From a virus: a stretch of 64,000 nucleotides of DNA. The translations under genes and the position numbers were made by a program. Below, in pieces: positions 36,418-46,886 of the stretch. The stretch spans positions 10,630 to 74,629 of the IMG/VR virus record IMGVR_UViG_3300036766_002281, one strand, 5' to 3'. How positions within the stretch are numbered: position 1 is the stretch's first letter; every line of letters begins with the position of its first letter. Under the pieces are notes generated by a model, which saw only the letters and a program-made list of their open reading frames with translations, was not told the DNA's origin and made no database searches.

Positions 36418-38315
36418 CAGATTTTGTTGATACGTTAACAAAAGTAAGGCATAAAATTAAGAATCCATACGCAAAGGATGAACTAGAGAGCTTAGATTCA
36501 GCAGGCGGTCTTGGATCTGGATCTCGTGGTCCTGGGGCTGATGGCATAGATATGAATCCAACTCCTAAGTATAAACCAAAACGTTTAGAGAAAGCGCCTA
36601 CACCAAACAATCCAGACAAAGATGCTGTTGAGTGGCTGGATAAATTATCCTTCGCCAACGCCTTCGATCAAACCCTTCTTCGATTAAAAAATCAACTTAC
36701 AGGATCAGTCTTAGACTATCCAAAGCCTGGACTTGACCCGCAAATTTGGCAAGCTGATGGTACTTTACATCCAAACATTAAGCATACGATCCTGAAAAAG
36801 ATTGTAGACTTCTTCAAAGAGAAGGGCATTAACAAACATATTAGAAGAGTAGTAAAGTATGTTTACATTATCGGATCATTGACTTCCTATCAATACAATT
36901 CTAAATCCGACCTTGATACCCACATTGGAATCGATATTGATGATTTGAAAAAGGCTTTGTCCAAAACTACTTTCTGGGTAAGCGATGAAGAACTTGCTGA
37001 TCTATTGAATAAGCATTGGAAAGACGAACTAAACGAAAAGGAACCAGTTCTAGCTCCGGGAACAGAACATCCACTTGAATTTTATTTTGAGATAAAAGGT
37101 TATACTGGAGCTGAAAGAGCTGACGGAGTTTACAATCTTCTAAAGGATAAATGGATACAAGAACCAAGAACAGTTGATTATGATTTCGATCTTGATGAGC
37201 TGTATCCAAAAGTTATTGACGAGGCTTCTCATTTCTTGAAGTCAATGGATGCAGAGCTTGGGGATGTTAAACGAACTATTAGTGATATAGCTTTTTTGAA
37301 GGAAACCTTAGCACGATTTCCAAAGGAAAAGCGTAAACTTTTTAAAGAAAAAATAAGAGAGAAGATAAGAGATATCAATTTTTCCATTCAAGAACTTGTA
37401 GAAAAAGGGCAGAATATAATCGATGAACGTAAAGAAAAATATAATCCACTGGCTCCTTCCAATATCCATTTTAAGTATCTACAACGCTATGGTTACATCT
37501 GGCTTATAAAACAGCTAGAAGAAGTTCTTGAAGACAAAATGACAGAAGAAGTGAGTGTGCAAGACCTTGAAGATGTCAAAGCCGTTCAAGAAGTTTTAGA
37601 TCAGTTTGATTGCTTAGAAGATAGCACAGTAAAATTATCAGAAGCTCAAGTTATTTATGAGGACAGCACTATCCAGACTTCAGAAGTTTCAAAAGAAATA
37701 TTAGATCAAATACGTGGCATTCAGAAGACCATCGATAAGGATTTACTATCTCACGATGAAGATGCTCGTGGTTGGGTACATGGTGGAATGCAGGAACTTC
37801 TTCACGTAACGGTTTTATTCGGAGTTAATGCAGAAGACTTTGAAAAAGCAAAAGAGATATGCAAAGACTTTAAAGATATTGAGATTGAGGCTACTCACGT
37901 TGACTATTTTGATGTGGATACGAAGGAAGGTAAGTTTTCTTGCGCCGTAGTAAAATGTAGTTCCCCTAGGCTAGAAGAACTTCATAACAAATTAAAGGAT
38001 AATCTCGAAAATAAACACAAGTTTGATTACAAACCTCATATTACCATTGCCTACTTACAACATGGAAGTAGATTAGGGGATATTGAGTTTAAGCCGGTGA
38101 AATGGATAGTAGGTGATCTCGAAATGGGTATGCCTGATGGAAGTTTAAAACGATTGGCAACAAAATCTGATTTTGAAATCTTATTTGGTGGTAGGGTGGA
38201 TAAAAAATATGAAAGAAAACTAATTAGCTTTCTTACTATTAAATCAAAGGATAAAGTAGTAGAAGTACTGGAACGTATCAATAATGGAGAAGATGTAGCA
38301 AATGTTATACTTTAA
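36414..38315 (+). CDS. Pol-beta-type nucleotidyltransferase fused to a 2H phosphoesterase (Acb1-like)
   Basis: IIGSLTSYQY..KSDLDTH; C-terminal LHVTVLFG ... YKPHITIAY. Confidence 0.8.
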   Translation: MTDFVDTLTKVRHKIKNPYAKDELESLDSAGGLGSGSRGPGADGIDMNPTPKYKPKRLEKAPTPNNPDKDAVEWLDKLSFANAFDQTLLRLKNQLTGSVLDYPKPGLDPQIWQADGTLHPNIKHTILKKIVDFFKEKGINKHIRRVVKYVYIIGSLTSYQYNSKSDLDTHIGIDIDDLKKALSKTTFWVSDEELADLLNKHWKDELNEKEPVLAPGTEHPLEFYFEIKGYTGAERADGVYNLLKDKWIQEPRTVDYDFDLDELYPKVIDEASHFLKSMDAELGDVKRTISDIAFLKETLARFPKEKRKLFKEKIREKIRDINFSIQELVEKGQNIIDERKEKYNPLAPSNIHFKYLQRYGYIWLIKQLEEVLEDKMTEEVSVQDLEDVKAVQEVLDQFDCLEDSTVKLSEAQVIYEDSTIQTSEVSKEILDQIRGIQKTIDKDLLSHDEDARGWVHGGMQELLHVTVLFGVNAEDFEKAKEICKDFKDIEIEATHVDYFDVDTKEGKFSCAVVKCSSPRLEELHNKLKDNLENKHKFDYKPHITIAYLQHGSRLGDIEFKPVKWIVGDLEMGMPDGSLKRLATKSDFEILFGGRVDKKYERKLISFLTIKSKDKVVEVLERINNGEDVANVIL

Positions 38316-38766
38316 AGCTTCAGAAATAAATAACTATGGGTATGCTACAACTCCGGACATTGATAAAAATATCACAGAATTAATTGTGCGAGTAAGCGTG
38401 GTTAGGGGAGCTTGGGGTTTCCCAATGTCCGCGACTTCAGGATTAAGAAACATTGCTGATCAAACTCGTATTAATCCAATAAACCCAAAATCAAATCATT
38501 TAACTGGTAAAGCTGTGGACATTGCAGATACAGGTGTTCTTTGGCTATGGTCTTTGAGGAATCTGCAGTTATTGAAAGATACTGGGCTTTGGCTGGAGCA
38601 TTTTAATTGGACTCATCATCCAGCAGGAAATGGTTGGGTTCATTTTCAGATAGTCGCTCCAATCAGTGGACATAGAATTTATGTTCCATCAAGTGCTCCT
38701 GCGTTAAGTAATGTATGGAATGGAAAGTACGATTCAAAATTCGATGGATTCGATAAAAGTTTTTGA
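38302..38766 (+). CDS. M15-family Zn peptidase, putative endolysin
   Basis: TSGLR..SNHLTGKAVD..WVHFQ. Confidence 0.85.
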   Translation: MLYFKASEINNYGYATTPDIDKNITELIVRVSVVRGAWGFPMSATSGLRNIADQTRINPINPKSNHLTGKAVDIADTGVLWLWSLRNLQLLKDTGLWLEHFNWTHHPAGNGWVHFQIVAPISGHRIYVPSSAPALSNVWNGKYDSKFDGFDKSF

Positions 38767-38826
38767 ACCATGGAATTTCGTTTGTTTTGTTGGTTCTTTA
38801 ATAAGAATTAATAGTATACTATAACT

Positions 38827-40092
38827 TTGAGAGAGGAATTCATGAACAAAATCTCTTGGGCAGAAATTCAGCATCTCCTTCCTAAAGAAGCTAAAACCCA
38901 CGAACAAGAATTTAAACAACTTTTTAAACGCTTCGGAGCTGAAGAATTATCAGTCAATGATATTGATTTAGTTCTGAATGAGAAGAGTTTGGATACTGTT
39001 ACCGTGGCTGATGTTTTAAAAATAGCTAGCTTCGATAGGTATTTCTATGATTCCCTTGGTCAAATCATTGGACGTATAGAGACGGACGACAACGGCGATT
39101 CCAGGGCATATGATAAATCAGGTAACTATGTAGGACAAACTAGTGCTGGAATGACCCTTAACGCAGCAGGAGAACTCGTCGCCCAAAGTGACGTCCTTTC
39201 TAGTTTGTTTGTAAGAGAAGAAAGAATTGTTGGAAGCGTCTGTGTGGAAGATCTGATTAAAGAAGATTTAATGGCTCCAGTATCTATCACAGTTGCACAC
39301 GTAATCGAAGGAATTGGAATCGATTATCTTGAATTGGAAGATGAGCCCACGCAAGAATATGTTCCAGTAAGTAAAGGTCGTGGAAAATTCAAAGTATATG
39401 ATATTGTAATGACCCCATTCGGTAGAGGTAGAATTATCACTAAACAAACAGAGGACAAGCCCTATACTTATGGTGTTAAAATTACCTCTACGGATGAGCT
39501 TGAAATTGTAGACGAAGATGATCTAAAAATGATCAAAGAAGAAGTGGTCATGAACGAGCTTCAAACTCAACAAGGCTATAGTCTAGATAACGTAGTTGGG
39601 GTCAAAGATCTAATACGTCTAAGCATGGAGAAGTCGGCTTTAGATATTGAATGGATAAGAGCAAAATGGGATGATGAATCTAAAAAAGTAATGGATCAGT
39701 TAGCAAAAGAGAGCCAAGACTTTGCTGATGATCTTGAAGCTGGTCATATTCCATTATTGGAAGAATACTCGTTACATGACCTCAAACGTGTTACTTCCCC
39801 TTATATGCAGGGTAGCATTGACCAGGATCAGGCAGAAAAGCTTCTACGAGATCTAATGTATCAATTTAGAGCTAAGCTGTATTCTGATTATGGGCTAACT
39901 GTAGATCAAGCACGTAAAGACAAAGAAAAAGAAGAAGCTAAAGAAAAAGAAAGCCGCTTTGAGAAGGATCTTCCAGCTTACGGGGTGGCAGATATCTATC
40001 CGTACTCGGGAACAGGTGCAGGAATGCCTTCTAGTGGCGATCTTACGCGTATCATTAACGATGCTCCATCTAGACAAATTAGATTGAAGTAA
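38827..40092 (+). CDS. modular acidic protein with repeated V-x-D-L-I/K-x-A motifs
   Basis: 421 aa; VADVLKIA, VEDLIKE, VKDLIRL..KSA. Confidence 0.7.
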   Translation: MREEFMNKISWAEIQHLLPKEAKTHEQEFKQLFKRFGAEELSVNDIDLVLNEKSLDTVTVADVLKIASFDRYFYDSLGQIIGRIETDDNGDSRAYDKSGNYVGQTSAGMTLNAAGELVAQSDVLSSLFVREERIVGSVCVEDLIKEDLMAPVSITVAHVIEGIGIDYLELEDEPTQEYVPVSKGRGKFKVYDIVMTPFGRGRIITKQTEDKPYTYGVKITSTDELEIVDEDDLKMIKEEVVMNELQTQQGYSLDNVVGVKDLIRLSMEKSALDIEWIRAKWDDESKKVMDQLAKESQDFADDLEAGHIPLLEEYSLHDLKRVTSPYMQGSIDQDQAEKLLRDLMYQFRAKLYSDYGLTVDQARKDKEKEEAKEKESRFEKDLPAYGVADIYPYSGTGAGMPSSGDLTRIINDAPSRQIRLK

Positions 40093-40096
40093 GCAG

Positions 40097-42469
40097 ATGA
40101 ATCCACAAATAAAGATATCTTTAAGTCCGATGGAGAAATATTTTATGGGCGCTAATGAATTGAGCACAAACACAAATACAGAGAAAACGACAACTACAAG
40201 GGCATTGGTATCTGCAAACGCATATAAAGTTTTAGAGAAGAGATATCTTGCAAAAGATGATGCTGGTAAAGTTGTAGAAACTCCTCAACAGCTCTTTCAA
40301 CGGGTAGCAAGTAATATTGCAAAAGCTGAAATGAGTTATTCCAACGATGCAGAAATTACTACATCAGCCTATTATGATTTTTACAATGTTATGGCGAATC
40401 TAGAATTTCTTCCAAACTCACCTACCCTGATGAATGCTGGTAGGGAACTTCAGCAACTCAGTGCATGCTTCGTTCTTCCAGTAGAAGATTCTATGGTGGG
40501 AATTTTTGATGCCATAAAGAATGCAGCAATCATACACAAGTCGGGTGGTGGCACGGGTTTCTCTTTTTCACGTTTAAGACCAAATGGATCTTATGTTCGT
40601 AAAACCGGTGGGGTAGCATCAGGACCAATTTCCTTTTTAAAAGTATTCAATCAAGCTACTGAAGCAGTAAAACAAGGTGGTCGACGTAGAGGCGCCAACA
40701 TGGCAATTCTTAGGGTAGATCATCCAGATATTTTAGAATTTATTAAATGCAAGGACAATACCAAAGACCTTACCAATTTTAATATTAGCGTTGCTATCAC
40801 AGATGAGTTTATGAATGCTGTTGATCAGAACCTGGAATACTCTTTGATTCATCCAAAAACAAAAGAAGAAGTCAAACGATTAAGAGCAAGAGAAGTCTTT
40901 GACATGATTGCAAAGCAAGCCCATAAAAACGGGGAGCCCGGATTATTCTTTATTGATAAAGCTAATGCAACAAATCCTGTTAAGCATGTTGGAATGATTG
41001 AAGCTACGAACCCATGTGGGGAGCAGGAACTTATTGCAAATGACGTTTGTAATCTTGGTAGTATTAATCTTGAGCAGCACCTTCAATACAGCGATGTATC
41101 AGGAATTGTCATTGGAGTTGATTGGGAAAAACTGGCTAAGACCACAAAGATTGCAGTAAGATTTTTGGATAACATTATCGATATGAATTGTTACCCATTA
41201 CCAGATATTGAGACTATGGCAAAAGGAAATCGTAGAATTGGTCTTGGTATAATGGGATTTGCTCGAATGCTTTATCGTCTTGGTATTAGATATGATAGTG
41301 TCGAAGGATTGCAGGCTGCCGCAAGTATTATGTCGCATATTCAAGATGTAGGGCATGCCGCTTCAATGGAGCTGGCTGAAGAACGAGGAACATACTTAAA
41401 TTGGGAAGGTTCTGAGCATCAAAACAAAAATAAAAGAATGAGAAATTCTTATGTTACAACGATTGCTCCAACTGGAACAATTAGTATGATTGCTGATACG
41501 TCGTCAGGGTGCGAACCAGAGTTTAGTCTAATATGGTACAAGAATGTTATGGACGGACAGCATCTTCCATACGTTCAAGAATACTTTATCGAAGTAGCTA
41601 AACAAGAAGGGTTCTGGTCAGAGACTTTGTTGGATAAGATTGTTGCAAATCATGGGTCAGTTCAAGGGCTAGAGGAAGTTCCAAAGAAATGGCAAAATAT
41701 TTTTGTTACTTCTCATGATATACATCCATTGGATCATGTTAAAATGCAAGCCGCTTTCCAGCTCTATGTAGATAGTGCCGTATCTAAAACAATTAATATG
41801 GCAAAGTCAGCAACTGTGGAAGATGTTAAACAATCTTATATGCTTGCTTACAAACTAGGATGCAAAGGCATTACGGTTTATCGTGATGGCAGTAGAGAGG
41901 AACAGGTTATGAATTTAGGAGTAAGCATTAAGAACGAGGTAAAAGAAGTTCCTACAAATGGCAATGGTAGTGGATCCGCCCCGAATAGTTCTTTTCCTTT
42001 GATTCAGATAAAACCCAGACCAGAAATTATGAAAGGCTGCACAGTTAAAAGAGAAACTTCGTGTGGGCATTTGTATCTGACTGTTAACGAGGATGAGACG
42101 GGAAAACCTTTTGAAGTATTTTCAACGATGGGGAAAAGTGGTGGATGTGAAGGTTCTCAGAATGAAGCCGTGGCAAGACTCATTTCTTTGGCTTTGAGAG
42201 CTGGAGTTGATTACCATGAAATTGTTAAACAGTTGATTGGCATTAGATGTAATAAGCCTTTTGGATTAGGAGAAGCAAAAGTTGAATCCTGTTCTGATGG
42301 GGTAGCAAAGATGATGTTAAGTTACTACCACAAAACAAGGCAAGAAGAGGTTCGTAAAGTGCTAGTAAAAAATAAGATTACAGCTTCATGTCCAGATTGC
42401 GAATGCGAGTTAGAAATTAGCGAAGGATGTGAAAAATGTAGGTTCTGTGGGTACTCTCGTTGTGGATAG
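40097..42469 (+). CDS. nrdJ: class II (B12-dependent) ribonucleotide reductase with C-terminal TSCPD/Zn domain
   Basis: PNSPTLMNAG, SACFV, ATNPCGEQ, CNLGSINL, TIAPTGTIS, KGITVYRDGSR, CPDC..CRFCG. Confidence 0.95.
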   Translation: MNPQIKISLSPMEKYFMGANELSTNTNTEKTTTTRALVSANAYKVLEKRYLAKDDAGKVVETPQQLFQRVASNIAKAEMSYSNDAEITTSAYYDFYNVMANLEFLPNSPTLMNAGRELQQLSACFVLPVEDSMVGIFDAIKNAAIIHKSGGGTGFSFSRLRPNGSYVRKTGGVASGPISFLKVFNQATEAVKQGGRRRGANMAILRVDHPDILEFIKCKDNTKDLTNFNISVAITDEFMNAVDQNLEYSLIHPKTKEEVKRLRAREVFDMIAKQAHKNGEPGLFFIDKANATNPVKHVGMIEATNPCGEQELIANDVCNLGSINLEQHLQYSDVSGIVIGVDWEKLAKTTKIAVRFLDNIIDMNCYPLPDIETMAKGNRRIGLGIMGFARMLYRLGIRYDSVEGLQAAASIMSHIQDVGHAASMELAEERGTYLNWEGSEHQNKNKRMRNSYVTTIAPTGTISMIADTSSGCEPEFSLIWYKNVMDGQHLPYVQEYFIEVAKQEGFWSETLLDKIVANHGSVQGLEEVPKKWQNIFVTSHDIHPLDHVKMQAAFQLYVDSAVSKTINMAKSATVEDVKQSYMLAYKLGCKGITVYRDGSREEQVMNLGVSIKNEVKEVPTNGNGSGSAPNSSFPLIQIKPRPEIMKGCTVKRETSCGHLYLTVNEDETGKPFEVFSTMGKSGGCEGSQNEAVARLISLALRAGVDYHEIVKQLIGIRCNKPFGLGEAKVESCSDGVAKMMLSYYHKTRQEEVRKVLVKNKITASCPDCECELEISEGCEKCRFCGYSRCG

Positions 42470-42475
42470 CTGCTA

Positions 42476-42889
42476 ATGAAATTAAAGCTTGGGTCGAATG
42501 CTTTTTTTAATGTCGGCGTTGTAGTTCCTAAAAGGTCTTCTCACTCTGATACCCAAGGAGAAGGAGTTAGAAGATGGGTTTCTCTACAAACCGACTTAAC
42601 TCAGTTAGAGATTCAGCTTTTTACATCGATTAGTTACTTTTGTGATCTTCATGGGTATTTTCATTTAAGTGTTTTTGATATAAAAAAGTTAGTAAATTGG
42701 GAAACTAAAGAAGTAGTACGTATTTTAATCGAGTTAAAGAAAAAACGATTCTTAACTTTTTATTTTAATTTGCCAGAAAAACCTAGTAGATTATGTTTAG
42801 AATTAGTTCGATTGTTTAGAAGTAAGGTTAAAAATAGGATACTTAGGAAAACAAATGAGCTGGGAGCAAATCAAGTTACAAAAGTTTAA
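42476..42889 (+). CDS. hypothetical protein, possible winged helix
   Basis: 137 aa; L.ELKKKRFL. Confidence 0.45.
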   Translation: MKLKLGSNAFFNVGVVVPKRSSHSDTQGEGVRRWVSLQTDLTQLEIQLFTSISYFCDLHGYFHLSVFDIKKLVNWETKEVVRILIELKKKRFLTFYFNLPEKPSRLCLELVRLFRSKVKNRILRKTNELGANQVTKV

Positions 42890-43079
42890 TGAAGAGATTC
42901 ATAAACTCGTAAATGAGAGTCCATGTGATAATTGTGGGGAGACGGAACATACCTGGTATTCACATCAATCCTATACTATTCTATGCCCTATTTGTAAAGA
43001 CATGGTTCAACGAATCTGCGAAAATAGAAATAAAAGAACCGTAAGAATAGAACAATTAAGACAGGATATGATGGAGTAG
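42855..43079 (+). CDS. small zinc-ribbon protein
   Basis: CDNC..CPIC. Confidence 0.6.
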   Translation: MSWEQIKLQKFNEEIHKLVNESPCDNCGETEHTWYSHQSYTILCPICKDMVQRICENRNKRTVRIEQLRQDMME

Positions 43080-43083
43080 TGCC

Positions 43084-43332
43084 TTGGATATAATTGAAGC
43101 AATCATACAAGCTGCTCGAGAACGTAAATTACTCAGAATTCAGTATAAAAAGCTCAACAACGAGGTTACTGAGCGCGATGTAGAAGTTTATGAAATAAAG
43201 GATGGAACACGTCTCTACGCGTGGGATATTGCCAAAAACGACCATATCAGACAATTTATTATAACTGGAATTCTACAAGCGGAAGTGCTTGATCAAGTAT
43301 TCGAGCCTCGATACCCAATTCTAATTGAGTAA
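43084..43332 (+). CDS. stand-alone WYL-domain protein
   Basis: LRIQYKK..E.TER.VE.YEI..LYAWD..K..IRQF..I. Confidence 0.75.
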   Translation: MDIIEAIIQAARERKLLRIQYKKLNNEVTERDVEVYEIKDGTRLYAWDIAKNDHIRQFIITGILQAEVLDQVFEPRYPILIE

Positions 43333-43340
43333 AGGAAAGT

Positions 43341-46300
43341 ATGTCAGACGGAAATAAAAAGAAAGGGTCAACTGATAAAAAGTTTGATCCTAATAAAATA
43401 ATTGATTCTTTAATCGATGCTCAAAACAAGAGAATGGCTGGAGCTTCGGGAAGGCCTAGAATAGCGGCAGACCCGGGATTTTCATTTACCCTTCCAATGC
43501 CATACCAACCAGAGTTTGCCTCACCGGAACGTGTGCAGTGGCCTATTGATAGGCTACAACAAAATCGGTACTGGAGATTATTCTATAAAACGGATCCAGT
43601 TATTTCTACATGTGTAGATATGTTCTCTGAAATTATAGGAACAGAATTTACAATGTCAGGGGAAGGAGTTGAGAAAGAGGTTAAGAATACTTACGAGTAC
43701 ATGATTGAGAAAACGCAGATCATGGCTCTCTTTCCCTACTTCATAAGAGAATTTTTGGTTATGGGAGAGGTAATACCTCATCTCGTTTTTGATAAGAAAA
43801 AAGGTATTTGGACAAGTTTAATTTTTCATAATCCCGATCAGATAAAGGTTATCTCTTCTCCTTTTATTGGATTAGATCCAATTCTTGAATACACTCCTGA
43901 TGAGACCTTGAGAGCCATGGCAAGATCAACTAATCCAATGATACAAGAGTACATGAATAAATTGCCAGCTGAAGTCTCAGATGCTATTTTATCCGGTAGT
44001 AATCTTCCTCTTAATACTAGTCTAAATGTTAGCTTTCTAGCGAGAAAAACTCATCCGTATGATACTCGTGGTACTAGCATCTTTACCAGACTTTATAGAA
44101 TTCTGATGTATGAAGATGCTGTAGCCAATGCTTCCATCGCAACAGCTAGAAGACACGCTGGACCGCTGAAGATTGCAAAGTTAGGGGACAAGCAATTAGA
44201 ATGGGTACCAGAAGCATCTTACCAGGACAAGATCATACAGTTACTTACCGTAGCAGAACAAGATCCTCATTCATTTTTAATCCTACCATGGTTCGTAAAC
44301 TTCGAAGCCTTTGGTACCACAGATAAGATGATGAACATTGGTAGAGAATGGGATGTGATCGAGCGTATCAAGCTGACTGCCCTAGGAGTAAGCCAAGGTT
44401 TCTTGCATGGCGAGTGTTTTGCAAAAGGGACTAAAATTTTAATGGCTGATTATCTAAATAAATCGATTCAAAATGTCAAAGAAGGAGATTATGTTTTAGA
44501 TAGAAACGGGGCTTCTCAAAAAGTTTTAAAATCATGGAAATCTGAAACTCCAGAAAGATTAGTAAAAATTGATTTATGGGGAGGAAAATCTTTATTAGTT
44601 ACAGAGAATCATAAGTTTCCAGTTTGGGCATGGCAAAGAACTTGTGGTTGCGGCTGCGATAAAAAAATGGCTCCTGATCAAATGTTTGCTCAAGGACATT
44701 TCTTAAAGGTTACTAAAGGAAATACTTTAAAGAAGCCAGAATTTATTAGCATACAAGCTGCTGAAGAAGGAAATAATAAAAGAAAAATCATTTTGAAAAC
44801 TTATAATCCTTATCAAAAATTAGAAGCTAAAGATATTTGCCGACGCGATTTTTTGCTAGTTCCTAGAAAATTTGATGAAATTGTCCCGAAGGTCTCTTTA
44901 GATTATGCCAGATTACTAGGTTTTTATGTAGCAGAAGGATGTTATATAGATCCTAACAAAGCTTCAAAGTACAATAGTATTCAATGGACTTTTAATAAAA
45001 AAGAAAAAAATACTTACGCTGAAGAAGTAATGACGGCAGCTAGAAATTTAGGAATGAAATTTTATTTAACAATTGATGATCTTAATAATACATGTCAAGT
45101 GAATGCAGTTAGAAAAGGATATCAATTGTTTTATGAGTGGCTTTTAAGCAACGGAGGAAGGTATTCTCATGAAAAACAATTTAGTTCTGAAGTAATGAGA
45201 TGGCCTTTGATTTACAAAGAAGAGTTAATAAGAGCTTTGTTCAAAGGAGATGGGTGCAGAAGTACTTCTCTAAGATTAGACAAGCAAAACAACAAAATTT
45301 ATCCAGATTTTGTTGTCCAGTATGGAACTGTTTCGGAAGTGTTAGCTGATCAGATAGGTACCTTATTGGCACATTTAGGTATTTATGCTTCCTTATATTT
45401 TACTCCTTTAGAAAAGTTAGGCAAAGCACATAAACACGATGTTTACAATATTAGTTGTTATGGTACTCAGGCTCGAAAGGTAGCAAAACTTGTATGGGGG
45501 GACGACGTCAAGCCAGCAAAAAATTCAAGAAATAAATATTGGGTTGATGAAAATTACATCTATGTTCCGGTAAGGAAAGTTAGTATTATACCTAATGTAG
45601 AACGTATTCCTGTTTATAATCTTACGGTTGATGAAGATCATAGTTATATTGCTGAAGGAGTAGCTACCTATAATTCAACTTATGCGTCGATGAAAGGGAA
45701 TATGCAAACCCTTTTGATGCGCTTAGCTGGGCTAAGATCCATGTTTGAAAGTGCCTGGTGGAAGCCAAAATTCTTTAGGCCTATTGCTGAAATGAATGAG
45801 TTTGTCAAGCCTACCAAGGCAGAGGTTAGTCATAAACTTAAATTTAGAAGAAGTAAAAGGGAGTTGATTGAGGATGATCGTTATATCATTCCTACCCTAC
45901 AGTGGAAGAGATCATTAGATCCCAGAATCGATGCAGAACTGCTTGATGCCTATGAGCAAGTTATCGGCCGTTTGAAATTCCCAATTAGTAAGACGACAGT
46001 TTATTCTGCTGCCGGATTGGATATAGAAGAAGAACAGCGTAATATGGCTAACGAGAAGAAAAATGAAGTTGAGTTAGCAAAAGAGATGGGCGTTACTACA
46101 GAAACTCTTACGGGAGAAGAACCTGCCGCTGCAGGTGGTGGTGCGGGTATGCCTGCTGGTGGAGAAGCTGGTGGAGAAGAGGTTCCTCTAACCCCAGTTG
46201 AAGAAGCTGCTTCTAAACGTTCCAAAACAGCTGAACTAGATATTGGAATGGAGGATGATGAGTATAATAGTTTAATCGATTTGATACACGGCAAAAAAGC

Positions 46301-46661
46301 ATCTGCCTTTTGGAAACCTATTTTGAAAAAGAATGAGAAGGTAGAAGACTTTTCTAAAAGGTTTGATTGGGATAGGGTAGAAGAATTTTTGGATGGGAAT
46401 GATTTTACTCCAGCTCAGGTTCAGGCGCTCAGACAGAAGTTATTGGATGAGAATTTAGTAACTTCAACAAGAGATGAGATTATCAATTCCATGGTTGCTT
46501 CCCTCGACCCTGATAGTTCAGACGAAGAATTAAATAGAATTTCAGATATAGTTATACAGTCCAATAAAAGAATCAAGCAAAAGAGTGCCTCAAACGATTT
46601 ATTTTTTGCAGGTGAAGGAAATAAGCATCATTTAAATGGAAATGAAAAGAAAGGAGGTTAG
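43341..46661 (+). CDS. portal protein with intein
   Basis: WRLFYKTDPVI..CVD, E.LVMGEV, RGTSI..R, PLKIAKLG; located upstream of protease and MCP. Confidence 0.8.
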   Translation: MSDGNKKKGSTDKKFDPNKIIDSLIDAQNKRMAGASGRPRIAADPGFSFTLPMPYQPEFASPERVQWPIDRLQQNRYWRLFYKTDPVISTCVDMFSEIIGTEFTMSGEGVEKEVKNTYEYMIEKTQIMALFPYFIREFLVMGEVIPHLVFDKKKGIWTSLIFHNPDQIKVISSPFIGLDPILEYTPDETLRAMARSTNPMIQEYMNKLPAEVSDAILSGSNLPLNTSLNVSFLARKTHPYDTRGTSIFTRLYRILMYEDAVANASIATARRHAGPLKIAKLGDKQLEWVPEASYQDKIIQLLTVAEQDPHSFLILPWFVNFEAFGTTDKMMNIGREWDVIERIKLTALGVSQGFLHGECFAKGTKILMADYLNKSIQNVKEGDYVLDRNGASQKVLKSWKSETPERLVKIDLWGGKSLLVTENHKFPVWAWQRTCGCGCDKKMAPDQMFAQGHFLKVTKGNTLKKPEFISIQAAEEGNNKRKIILKTYNPYQKLEAKDICRRDFLLVPRKFDEIVPKVSLDYARLLGFYVAEGCYIDPNKASKYNSIQWTFNKKEKNTYAEEVMTAARNLGMKFYLTIDDLNNTCQVNAVRKGYQLFYEWLLSNGGRYSHEKQFSSEVMRWPLIYKEELIRALFKGDGCRSTSLRLDKQNNKIYPDFVVQYGTVSEVLADQIGTLLAHLGIYASLYFTPLEKLGKAHKHDVYNISCYGTQARKVAKLVWGDDVKPAKNSRNKYWVDENYIYVPVRKVSIIPNVERIPVYNLTVDEDHSYIAEGVATYNSTYASMKGNMQTLLMRLAGLRSMFESAWWKPKFFRPIAEMNEFVKPTKAEVSHKLKFRRSKRELIEDDRYIIPTLQWKRSLDPRIDAELLDAYEQVIGRLKFPISKTTVYSAAGLDIEEEQRNMANEKKNEVELAKEMGVTTETLTGEEPAAAGGGAGMPAGGEAGGEEVPLTPVEEAASKRSKTAELDIGMEDDEYNSLIDLIHGKKASAFWKPILKKNEKVEDFSKRFDWDRVEEFLDGNDFTPAQVQALRQKLLDENLVTSTRDEIINSMVASLDPDSSDEELNRISDIVIQSNKRIKQKSASNDLFFAGEGNKHHLNGNEKKGG
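44415..45674 (+). mobile_element. intein (420 aa) with LAGLIDADG endonuclease, ending Tyr-Asn
   Basis: CFAKGTKI, VTENHKF, LLGFYVAEG, IRALFKGDG, VYNLTV..HSYIAEGVATYN followed by Ser. Confidence 0.92.
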
Positions 46662-46663
46662 TT

Positions 46664-46849
46664 ATGGTTATGAAGAGAACTGGAAAGTCTACAGTGATTG
46701 CTGTTGGAGAGGCTGAAACAGAAGTTGAAGAACAAACTCAAACTCAAACTCAAACTCAAGAATCTTCGAAGAGCAATAGCAAGGGCGGGTCTAAATCATC
46801 TTCGAGTAAAATAAAAATCAAGATGAAACAAAAATCAATTGATTTTTGA
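46664..46849 (+). CDS. small hypothetical protein with (QT)n
   Basis: SD AAGGAGG; (CAAACT)n repeat. Confidence 0.55.
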   Translation: MVMKRTGKSTVIAVGEAETEVEEQTQTQTQTQESSKSNSKGGSKSSSSKIKIKMKQKSIDF

Positions 46850-46886
46850 CTTTTTGAATTTTGAATTTTAGTGGTTTTTAAAACGA

